Source: Wallemia ichthyophaga EXF-994 (Eukaryota; Fungi; Basidiomycota). From it: DNA of 32,000 bases. Shown piece after piece: positions 21,672-32,000 of this stretch (its first letter is position 1; the number at the start of each line of letters is the position of its first letter). The stretch covers positions 398,570 to 430,569 of the forward strand of contig NW_008806283.1 in assembly GCF_000400465.1 (NCBI RefSeq), read 5' to 3'. The notes below the pieces were generated by a model, which saw nothing but the letters and a program-made list of their open reading frames with translations, ran no database searches and had not been told where the DNA came from. The translations under genes were made by a program, and so were the position numbers.

Positions 21672-23211
21672 CTACGCGCTAGTAGCATTGTTGAAGAGTA
21701 GAAGGTTTGGAGAGCCCTGCTCGACGTCGGTAAGCAAGCCTCTGCCAGCCAATTCGAGGAGAGACTGCTTCAGGAAGGCTGGAGAGATGGGTTCTGGGGT
21801 TGGTGGCAGTGGAGCGCTTGGCTTTGGCTTGAACCAGTCCAACCAGCCAGGGAGAAGACCGCCAATTGTGTCGAGCACGGTCTTGATTCCTGTGTCGTAC
21901 ATCTCCTGTGAAACTGAATTTGCGAAAGACTTATGTGCTGCGTTCGCATGGAGTGAGAGGAGATAGGCCAAAGCGCCCGCCGTGTGTGGGGAGGCCATAG
22001 ACGTGCCTGAGATGGTGTTGATCGAGTTAGGACCGCTGTTCCATACCGACAGAATGTTTAAACCAGGTGCGAATATGTCAACGCACTTGCCAACGTTAGA
22101 GAAATACGCACGCTCATCCCAAAGAGTTGAAGCACCGACAGTGACAGCTTTCTGAGAAGCGGCTGGTGAGTATTCACAGGCATCCCTATTATCGTTGCCG
22201 GCAGCGACGGCGAAAGCCAAGCCCGATTCGACTGCCTTGTCAACAGCTCTGTCGAGAGCAGGCGACTTGCCACCACCGAGAGACATGTTGGCGACGGAGC
22301 CCTTGTGTGAAGTGGAGCCAGTCTGGCGGAGCTCTTCGGCCGCAGCGTCAGCCTTGCTCTTGGCGTCTTGGGCAGCCCAGAGGACACCGGCGACGACGTC
22401 CGACATGGTGCCTGAACCAGCTGAGCCGAGAACCTTAACGGCGTAGAGCTGTGCTTTCTTAGCAACTCCGTACTTGCGTGAGCCTATTGTGCCGGCGCAG
22501 TGAGAGCCGTGACCATTACCATCCTCGTCGACATCGCCCATAGGCATCGTCTTGCCCCAGTGTGCACGCCCTTCGAACTCAACGTGAGCCGTGTTGATAC
22601 CTGTGTCGACTATGTACACATTCACGCCCTCTCCGCCATGTGGGTCGTAGACGTACTTGTTGAAAGTGGAGAGCGAGAGTGGGTTGTGGTGGGATATGCG
22701 CGCAAGCCCCCAAGGAGCTCCTTTTTGAGTTGCGGGAGAGTCTGCGTCGAAAGTCTCTGCCAGATCACTCACTTCATCTAATCCCTGATAGATATCCTGT
22801 GTGTGCGCAATCGAGTCACGCTCAATGTGATCAATTTCAGGGTTTGCGCGGAGGAGGTGGACAGCGTCTTCGTCAACGTCATGGAGCGAGTAGCCGTTGA
22901 AGATGCTGTCACCCGCGTGGTCGAGGTTGTAGATATGTCCGAAGCGCCCGGCGCCGGAGCGTTTGGATAGCGAGTGGGCGAGCGTGGTGAGATGAGAGCT
23001 GGCTTTGCGAAAGTTAGATGGGCTGTGGGTTCTTTATTTACCCACTCTCAACGCCGTCCTTTAAAACGACAATGTACGAGTTGTGGACGCGTGGGTCAGT
23101 CACACCGTCGATATGAGCCTGTCCATAGATCGGTGCCAATTCCTGGGTGAATATCGGCGTGGCCAGCGTGGATGCTGCGAGCGTGAGTAATGCTAGTGTT
23201 TTCTTGATCAT
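21672..23211 (-). CDS. PRB1: Vacuolar subtilisin-like serine protease (protease B/cerevisin type) with I9 propeptide; complement(join(21672..23002,23046..23211)), 498 aa
   Basis: Signal peptide MIKKTLALLTLAASTLA, I9 prodomain (SYIVVLKDG..FNGYS..IDHIERDS), APWGLARISH, and catalytic triad motifs VDTG, HGSHCAG and GTSMASPH. Intron 23003-23045. Confidence 0.93.
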
Positions 23212-23356
23212 GGTCGTTATTCTGAGGGAGACACACGCAATTGATAAATCCGGCTGATAAGCGCGATAAAACTAAAAAATCTAGTGACGTCACAAGGTAC
23301 ATATATTAAATTCGTATGTTTACTGGATTTATTGCGTGTATTGTGCATTAGGTGTA

Positions 23357-25598
23357 CTAGCCCTCTTTCAAATAACTCCCCTTGATGCTCGCCACACTTT
23401 CAAAGTCGTACATCCGCCGGTATCTATTGCGGCTGTTGCGCGTGCCCCGACTGCTACCTTCCATCTCCCCTACTGCCAGTCTCTCTTGCTCGTCGTCGCA
23501 CGCCACCAGTTGGCGGATATACGGCGCATAGTCGACGGCGAGGACTGCTGAGGGCATGATTGGTGCAAAAGCCCCCAACATGTCAAGGCGCATATCCAGC
23601 AGTATGTCCTGCTGTGCGTGATGAGCGGGTGTGTTGTTTGGAGAAATCATAAAGCCATCTTGTGCCTTGTTGACAGTATCCAGAATATACTCCCCAATGT
23701 CCCCCTCACACGTAAACTCAGCCAGTGTCGTCTGATCCGCTTTTGTAATTCTACCCAGTGTCTCATGTCCTATTATCTCATTCGGCGTCTCTGATTCGAG
23801 GAGCTGCGGGGGAGGCAGTGTGTGAGAGGGTGTCGCGCGTAACCGTATGCATACAACTCACCTCCATCGATCGCCACAGTGGTTGTGCGACGTGTGCATC
23901 GACGAATGACAGTGCTTCGAGCGAGTTGAGGAGCGAGTTGAGAGAGGGGAGTTGTTTATTAGAGGGAGTGTTTGTGTGTGATTGAAGTTGTGATTGCGAA
24001 GATTCATATGTTTTTATTTCTTCGTCCGAGCAATTTTCTTCTGTTCCCTGTTTGCTCTGCACATGCAGCTGCATCAAAGCCTGTCTCAGATCACACCCAT
24101 CGTCAAAGTGTTTGCCGTACAAGCCGCCAGCGGAATCGACCAGCCAGCTCTTGTCGTCCTCGATGACCTGTGGGGGAGGGTCTAAGCTAGTGAGTTGTGT
24201 GTGTGATGTTTGCATCGTGTATGCGCTTTCCTTTTTTGCCCCTCCACACTCCACCATATACCTCCTCACGACATCGTGTGGAGGACGCTTGAATTCGAGG
24301 GTGGTCTGCAAGATGACTGAGGTAGAGGGTATAACGGAGGCATCGTTGCACGTAAGCACGACGGGGCGCTTGGAATACTGTGCGAGTGCCTGAACAGCTC
24401 CCCAGAAACCCTTATCCTCCTCAAAAATCACGTCTACCTCTTCGAGGAAAATGACTGATTGTTTGTGGGGGTTTGGGTGGTGTTGAGAGTGCTTTGGAGT
24501 GTTTCGCTTATGTTGTTTCACGTTACTCCCACCAATTATGTGATTCTCGCCTACCGCCCCCACCAAATCTAGTACTTCCTTCCCGCTCCGCCGCTGGCCG
24601 GGGAACACCTCAAAGACATCCCAGCCGAGCGCGTGTGCCGCCGCATAAACCGCCGCTGTCTTACCGCTACCAGGCGCACCCTGCAAGAGTATGCAATTAC
24701 TTTCGATGGAATCTGGGTGGTGTGTGCGTGGCAGTGTGGGTAAATAGCTGGGCTGTGATGGTGGTTCAACGCGAGCATCGAAATCAAAATCAAAATCGAA
24801 CATATCGTCCACTATCCAATTATCCTCATTATCTTTCTTGCCCTTACGTCCACGCATACGCAGCTCTTGCCCCGCTCGCACATCCTCCCAGCGCGGAGAA
24901 CCGAGTGCGAGATTCGCCATCCATGCAGAGAGGTAGGTGGCGAGTGTGCCGTTGTGCAGCACTTGTGAAGGGTGTTTCGGAGCGAGTGTGCGAGTTATGA
25001 GTGAGTGCTGTGCCTGCTCTGTCTTCTGAGACTTTTTTATATTATGTACCTTGTCGCGGATGCTATGATCGGACTTGTAGCTCGTGTAGCCACTCAACGA
25101 AGCTAATTTGAACATCCCTGTAGATGAACATGCCTGCTCAGCCACTTTAACACCCTCTTCGCGCCTCTTAAATGGCGCTTCACCGATATGGACATAAATC
25201 GCGCGATCGCCGTCTGGTTGAACGTGCGATTCAGAGATGGAGGGTATTCTAGCGTTAAGCTGCTGGATGGGCTTGGCGGTTGCTTTTTCGGAGCTCTTCT
25301 GCGAGTAATTGGAGGTAAAGAGGGGATGCAGTGGCCGCGTCGATGGCTGCGTTGGCTGCATCTGTTGTTTCTTAATATCCGGCTCATCTTCATCGCCGTC
25401 AATATCAATAACGCTATTCTTCCGCTTCTTTGTGGCGTCGTGGATAGTGCCATCTCTGTTCATTTTGGTCTGCTCGCCGCGCTGGTGCTTGATGGGCCTG
25501 CCTCTCTTCTTGGGAGGAGCAGCGGCTGTGGTATTGGCAGTGGTACTAGCTGTATTCTGCGGCTGTCTCCGGAATAGCGCGTAGAAATCGCCGGACAT
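23357..25598 (-). CDS. ELG1: Elg1/ATAD5 RFC-like AAA+ clamp-unloader large subunit; complement(join(23357..23803,23862..25598)), 727 aa
   Basis: Walker A GAPGSGKT..VYAAAHALGWDVFEV, RRSGKEV, Walker B IFLEEVD..EDKGFW, KRPVVLTCND and sensor-2-like DLRQALMQL. Intron 23804-23861 links to the C-terminal DYAPYIRQLV exon. Confidence 0.85.
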
Positions 25599-25635
25599 GG
25601 ACGTCTGTTCTCTTGAACACCAACGGCCAACACCA

Positions 25636-28600
25636 ATGACAGACACAGAAATGAGAGATGATCTTAAGAATATTCAGCTGGACAATGGTGATAATAACGA
25701 TATCGATGAATCTCTCTATTCGAGGCAGCTCTTTGTACTCGGCGTAGACGCAATGAAAGCCATGAGCCAGTCAGACGTGCTCATCGTTGGTTTGCGTGGA
25801 TTAGGCGTCGAGATTGCAAAGAACATTTGCCTGGCCGGTGTCAAGAGCGTCACCATCTACGATCCACACCCAGTCACGCTTGCTGACCTCTCCTCGCAAT
25901 TCTATTTCGATGACGCTGACATTGGGAAGCCACGCGACCAAGTGGCCCTCGGGAAGCTTGCTGAGCTTAATCAGTATGTCCCTGTGAAACTCCTCCAGGC
26001 AGCTGACTCCACGCAATCCCTCAACACATCACTTCTTAGGCCATTCAAAGTCGTGGTCCTCACAGACACTCCCCTCTCACAGCAACTCCACTACAATGAT
26101 TATTGCCACCAGCACAATATCGGCTTCATCGCCGCTGACACCCGCGGTCTCTTCGGCAGCGTCTTCAACGATTTCGGCAGTGCTTTCAAGTGCATTGACC
26201 CTACAGGCGAGCCAGCCATCACTGGGATGGTTGCGCAGATTGAAAATGACAACGAAGGTATGGTTACCTGTCTCGACGATACCAGACACGGCCTTGAAGA
26301 TGGCGATTACGTCACCTTCTCTGAAATCAAGGGCATGGACCAACTTAACCAGAGTGAGCCTAGGAAGGTCTCTGTTAAGGGCCCTTACACTTTCACCATC
26401 GGTGATACCTCCAGTTACGACGCGTACACGTCTGGCGGTGTTTTCACCCAGGTTAAGCAGCCCAAGATTTTCTCCTTCAAGTCACTTAGAGAGTCGCTCA
26501 AGCAGCCAGAGGTGCTCCTCGACCTTGCCAAGTTTGACCGTCCTCCCACTCTTCACGCCGGCTTCCAAGCCCTCTCCGCCTTCAGCGAACAGCATGGCCA
26601 TCTGCCCCGTCCACGCAATGGCGAGGATGCACATAAACTTTTGGAGATGGCGAAGAAGCTCACCACTGAGGAAGTAGACGATAAAGTGCTCAGTGAGCTC
26701 TCCTACCAAGCACGCGGTGACTTTGCCCCTGTAAACGCCGTCATTGGTGGTTTCACCGCGCAGGAGGTTCTCAAAGGATGCTCAGGTAAATTCAGCCCGC
26801 TTTTTCAACACCTCTACTTTGACTCGCTTGAGTCTCTTCCTGACCAGCTCCCATCTGAGGAAGACGTGCAGCCCCTCGGCTCCCGCTATGACGCCCAGAT
26901 TGCTATCTTTGGTAAAGCGTTCCACGACAAGATTGCAAACGCGCGCCAGTTTCTCGTCGGGTCGGGCGCTATTGGGTGTGAGATGCTCAAGAACTGGTCC
27001 ATGATGGGCCTAGGCAGTGGCAAAGATGGCAAGATTCACGTAACTGATCTCGACACTATCGAGAAGAGCAATCTGAATAGGCAGTTCCTCTTCCGCGCCA
27101 AAGACCTCGGCAAGTTTAAGGCAGAGGTGGCTGCGGAGGCCGTTGCAGATATGAATAAGGACCTGCGCGGTAAAATCACCAGCTACCAGGAGCGCGTGAG
27201 TCCAGAGACGGAGGAGTTGTATGGTGAAGACTTTTTCAACTCGCTCACCGGCGTGACGAATGCACTGGATAATGTAGCTGCTAGGCAGTACGTGGATAGA
27301 AGGTGTGTGTTTTACAAAAAGCCTCTTTTAGAGTCGGGTACGCTCGGCACAAAGGCAAACACACAGGTCGTATATCCCGACCTCACTGAGTCCTACTCCT
27401 CCTCACAGGACCCACCGGAGAAGGAGATTCCATCGTGCACCGTGAAAAACTTCCCTAATGCCATCGAGCACACGATACAATGGGCTCGTGAGAACTTTGA
27501 TGCGCTGTTCGTCAAGCCACCCACCAATGTGAACATGTATCTCTCTCAGCCGGGCTACATTGAGACGACGTTGCGTTCTGGAGGGCAGCAGCGTCCTCAG
27601 CTGGAGGAGATCCTGGATGCCCTGACAGCGTCTCGTCCAATCAGCTTTGACGAGTGCATAGTTTGGGCTCGATACAAGTTCGAGGAGCACTACAACCACT
27701 CCATCCAGCAGCTACTCCACTCACTCCCGCGCGATGCGACTACGTCCTCCGGAGCGCTTTTCTGGTCGGGACCTAAGCGCGCGCCGGAAGCGCTCGCGTT
27801 TGACGCCACTAACCCGCTTCACATGGCGTACATAGTGGCCGCTGCGAATCTGCACGCCTTCAACTACGGCTTGCGCGGAGATGTGGCAGAGGAGCGCTAC
27901 CGGGCTGTAGCTGAGGAAACGGCCGTCGCGCCATTCGCACCCCGGAGTGGTGTGAAGGTGCAGACGAACGAGAATGAGCCGGCGCCCGCGCAGGAGGAGG
28001 ACGATGAAGTGGTGGTAAAGCAACTCGAGGAAAAGCTGCCGGCTCCCTCCTCCCTCGCTGGCTTCCGCCTTACGCCCGTTGAGTTCGAGAAGGACGACGA
28101 TTCGAACCACCACATCGACTTTATTAATGCAGCATCTAATCTCCGCGCGGCTAACTACGGCATCACTCCCGCAGAGCGTCTCAGGACTAAGCAGATTGCA
28201 GGCAAGATCATCCCAGCTATCGCAACGACGACGTCCGTGGCAGTCGGGTTGGTTTGTTTGGAGCTGTGCAAGGTCATCGACGGGAAGAAGGTGGGTGTTA
28301 GTGGCCGAGGAATGAGACGCTTTACTGACGCACACTTTAGGACCTCGAGAAATACAACAACGGCTTCGTCAACCTTGCACTCCCCTTCTTTGGGTTCTCA
28401 GACCCAATCGCCGCGCCGAAGCTTAAGTACGGCAACGTCGAGTGGACGCTGTGGGACCGCTTTGAGGTCAGTGGTAACCCTACACTGCAGGAATTCATGG
28501 ATTATTTCCAGAACCAACACAAACTCGAAGTGAACATGGTCAGCCAGGGCACTAGTATGCTCTACTCTTTCTTCCTCCCTCCTAAGAAGCAGCAAGAGAG

Positions 28601-28745
28601 GAAGGCGCTGCGCTTCAGTGATCTCGTAGAGAATGTAAGCAAGAAGCCAGTCCCTGCTTGGCAGAAGAGCCTGCTCGTCGAGGTCATGGTCACCGACGAG
28701 CAAGAGGAGGACCAGGACGTGCCCTTTGTCGTGGTGCATTTGTAG
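25636..28745 (+). CDS. UBA1: Ubiquitin-activating enzyme E1; join(25636..28290,28341..28745), 1019 aa (alternative in-frame ATG at 25597)
   Basis: [40 protein letters not shown], catalytic Cys in [38 protein letters not shown], and a C-terminal UFD exon after intron 28291-28340. Confidence 0.97.
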
Positions 28746-28992
28746 ATGGCATAAAATGATAAAATAATAAATGATACAATGATTCGATCTTTCTGATAAG
28801 TGTGTGTGTGGAGTTTGGTGTATTAGTCTGCCAATTAGAATCCTGATACACCTGCCGATGCAGATGAACACATGAACAAGTGTCAAATTACCTCCACATG
28901 CTTGGCCACCGGTAGCTTTTGAAGGCACGTCGCATGTGAGAGTACATTGGCTCGCTATAGTGGGCTATCCAGTAACATAGTAACTTTACTCC

Positions 28993-29408
28993 TATAAAGG
29001 CTCTCATTTGACTCACTCACCGCGAAATAAATCTACCGACGTCATTAAGTTAAGTCGTAGTATAGATGAAATATGAAGTTTAGAACAATATCTTAAAGCT
29101 TAGCCTTCTCTTACAAGTTCACGTTCCCCCTCTGACGTAACTCTGAATTGGCATGAAGACACTGCCGAAATAGGAAATAACTTATAAAGAGATCGTGTAG
29201 ACTTTCTAAAGTGATGCAAAATGCACGCTAATACTTCTCGTTGCTACTGTTTCCTCCCGCAAATCTGCTCGGCAGCTACGAAAACTTTTCAATTCGACTT
29301 AAAAAAGGCTGCGAGCGCTCCACGGGTGTTTATAATGCAAACGCGCGCCTTCCTTCCACCCGTTCATCACGCTCGCTTCAGATCACAAAACGATCTCCGT
29401 CGCACGTT
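28993..29408 (+). promoter_or_regulatory. Candidate PHO84 upstream regulatory region with TATA-like and CACGTT motifs
   Basis: TATAAA at 28993 and 29183, TATAAT at 29331, CACGTT at 29120 and 29403. CACGTT is a Pho4-type site in S. cerevisiae. Function here is inferred only. Confidence 0.35.
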
Positions 29409-29483
29409 GTTCAATCAATCACTCCGCAAACCACATCTTTCAGCTAAAACTACCAACACCACTCGTTCAAACCAAAAACACAT

Positions 29484-31384
29484 ATGGACGCCTACCAAGA
29501 GAAGGGCGCGCTTGCCACCTATGAGCAGGACGAACGTGCAAAGCAGCGCAGATGGGCACCCACGTGTGAGTGAAAACGTGCGCCAGCCACTCAGCTGACT
29601 TGGCAGCAGTCCCTGAGTTGAAGCTGTTGCTTATAGCTAGCACTGGATTCTTCATTGATGCGTTAGTAGCACGATACACAACGGAACATTACTATAACAT
29701 TCACTTAGGTACGATCTCTTCATTATCAACTTGGTCTTCCCTATGTTGAGCCAGATCGCTTTTGGCAGGCCAAGCTCTTCCCCTTCAGAAATTTCTTTGT
29801 CTGGTGGTACTGCCAAAGCTGCGGCCAATATTGGTTGCGTTGTTGGTCAGCTGGGTTTTGGGGCTGCAGGAGACATATTTGGTAGAAAGGCTGTCTACGG
29901 TAAAGAAATGATGATTGTGATTGTATCGACAATCCTTCTCATTAGGTGCGTTCCCTCTCTTTCCTTATTCAATCTAACACCCTCTCAGCCCCCCTTCTGT
30001 CGGCGAGCACGGCTTTAGCGGTGTTGATCTCTTTACTTGGATAACAGTTTTCAGGGTAACCATGGGTATCGGTATCGGCGGTGATTATCCAATGTCAGCC
30101 TCTGTTGTTAGTGACAGGGCTAATTTGAGAAGGCGTGGTACTTTGCTCGCCTTTATTTTCGCTGCTCAAGGTTGGGGTCAATTTGGCGCCTCGATAGTAA
30201 CTCTCATCGTCCTTGCTTGCTTCCAAACTGGCATTCAAGAACATGGAAATGTTGGTCAATTCAACGCATGCTTTAGGATATGCTTTGGTGTCATTTTGGT
30301 CCCAGCTTTCATTACACTCTGGCATCGTCTTAGACTTCCTGAATCGACCAAGTTCAATGCAGTCAATGCGATGAGAGAAGACAAGGACGACAAGATTCTC
30401 AACGCTGATGATCCAAAAGCAGCCTTACAAGCTCAGACTGCCCAGAATGTTCACCCAGAGGCTATCGAATCTCAAAAAAATGACTCAAACAACTCAAATA
30501 ACTCGACTCATTCAAATGAAAAAGATATCGAAGTGGCACCAGAGCAACCACAGCAAACGCAGTCGGAAGAGGTTGATCCTGATGCAGGCAAACCCACCAA
30601 GCACGTCTGGTACGAGAAGTTGGGTGCGTTCAATGAATTTAAGGAGTATTACAGTGAATGGAGACACGCTAAGCTCCTTCTCGGTACAACTTCAACGTGG
30701 TTTTTAATGGACATTATCTTCTATGGTATCAACTTGAATCAATCTGTCGTTATCGATGCTGTTGGATTGGTTGATGAAAATTCTGGTTCATTCCAGTATA
30801 TTTGGGACAACACCACAGCAAATTTAATTATCTGTGCCGCAGGTTTCCTTCCTGGTGAGCACAATCGCTTATTTTTTACTATCGCTAACCTATCGCTAAC
30901 CTGTTCAACAGGTTACTACGTTGCCATGGTCACGGTCGAGTACATCGGTCGCAAGTGGATGCAATTTTTTGGATTTTTGCTCGAAGGGCTCTTTCTTGCT
31001 ATTCTTGCAGGTGCCTTTGATTATCTCAGGGAGCACACTGCGTCATTCTTTGCATGTTTCGCGTTGCTGCAATTTTTCTTCAACTTTGGTGCAAATACGA
31101 CATGCTTCATTATGCCCGCCGAGGTATTCCCAACACGTGTAAAAGGATTCAGTCACGGTATTTCCGCTGCTTGTGGTAAGGTTGGCGCCATTATAGCTGC
31201 CCTAGGCTTCGGAGAAGCATCCAAGCACATCGGAACAGACAACACACTGTGGATTTTCTTCGGTATTGCTATCGTTGGCGCTGCTTTCACCCTTCTCCTT
31301 CCAGAGACGATGGGCCGTGATGCTGATATCATCGATATGGAGGAGCGTCGTGAAGCACACGCAAAAAAGATGCAGGATAATTAA
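29484..31384 (+). CDS. PHO84: MFS phosphate:H+ symporter; join(29484..29565,29607(or 29610)..29661,29709..29945,29989..30854,30912..31384), about 570 aa
   Basis: GFFIDAYDLFIIN, GQLGFGAAGDIFGRK, MGIGIGGDYPMSA, RRGTLLAFIFAAQGWG, DIIFYGINLN, FFFNFGANTTCFIMPAEVFPTRVKG..HGISAACGKVGA. Four GT-AG introns. Confidence 0.93.
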
Positions 31385-32000
31385 CCCTTCAAAAATATTT
31401 TATTAAGCGGATCTTCCGGAAATTTCATTTGCACACGATTTTAACCATGTAATAATATAGAGGATGTTGGAATTTTTACTCAGTGAAAAGTATGTGATAA
31501 AACTCTTTTTTGATTAAGGAGGTACAATAAGTCCATGAAGGGCGATGAGCGACTAGGGGGTCTAACGCGTTCCCAAAGGTATCATGGAATGTGTTTGTTT
31601 GATTTTATTGGTAGAGAGGTTTGTTATTTAAGTTCGTGAAAATATATCCGTCATACTGATCCAAATTGCACTCAATGACATCGCAAGTGATTCAGTATAT
31701 GGATATTCCTACTACGACAAACGCTACGATTTAACCAACTAATTTGCCTTGACATAACATATTAAGCCATCAAAAGATTTTGTAGGTAGATAAAACGAGA
31801 AATCTCCAGACAACTTCGGTGAGACACGTTAGCTATACACCTCACTCATAACAGGAAAAATGCCGTTATTGAAGCTGAAGACGAAAAAAAGACTGATATA
31901 TCTGATAATAACGTAGATAAACCTGTTAGTGCTAACATACCTATCAACACGTCTAATGATCTCTACAGGAATTCGACGCAAACTGTTAAGGTTTGGGCTT

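Noticed and set aside
21790-21960. Roughly 50-aa insertion after the catalytic Ser of the subtilase
   Set aside because: A C-terminal insertion of this kind is typical of vacuolar protease B-type enzymes.
24187-24261. Possible in-frame 75-nt intron inside ELG1 (GTATAT...TAG)
   Set aside because: Weak donor, longer than local introns, and the read-through sequence is plausible AAA+ lid. Cannot be supported without RNA-seq.
27721-28335. 204-aa and other antisense ORFs over UBA1
   Set aside because: Expected from GC-rich codon bias on the sense strand.
31856-32000. Stop-free plus-strand frame running off the window end (KNAVIEAEDEKKTDISDNNVDKP...)
   Set aside because: Only about 48 codons, no in-frame ATG or convincing upstream exon. 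It may belong to a gene continuing beyond the window but is unsupported here.
1-32000. Search for tRNA/rRNA, transposon, CRISPR-like arrays or a secondary-metabolite cluster
   Set aside because: No such signatures seen by eye; nearly all sequence is accounted for by housekeeping genes. Small ncRNAs cannot be excluded without an Infernal/Rfam scan.

Overview
Eukaryotic, gene-dense fungal DNA with short GT-AG introns. The compactness and protein types suggest a small-genome basidiomycete, possibly Wallemia-like (inference, not verified). I can support 17 protein-coding genes, most reconstructed by manual splicing; all multi-exon models except the F-box gene sum to whole codons. In order: a 5'-truncated Nup98-type FG nucleoporin, a GT32 (DxD) glycosyltransferase, KEL3/KLHDC4, Lunapark, a small secreted and probably GPI-anchored protein, an F-box-like gene, the RUD3/GRAB golgin, EMC3, DPB4, a CDC11-type septin, mitochondrial uS15, a DEAH helicase with dsRBD-like N-terminus, an orphan protein, a PRB1-type subtilase, ELG1, UBA1 and a PHO84-type phosphate symporter. 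I saw no rRNA, tRNA, transposon or CRISPR, and no clearly novel multi-gene system; this is mostly housekeeping content. The most notable observations are architectural: start codons 27-67 bp apart head-to-head, a five-gene same-strand run with gaps down to 47 bp, a Nup98 that stops at a degenerate autocleavage site with no Nup96, CA-rich intron 3' ends, and an unusually long PHO84 upstream region.
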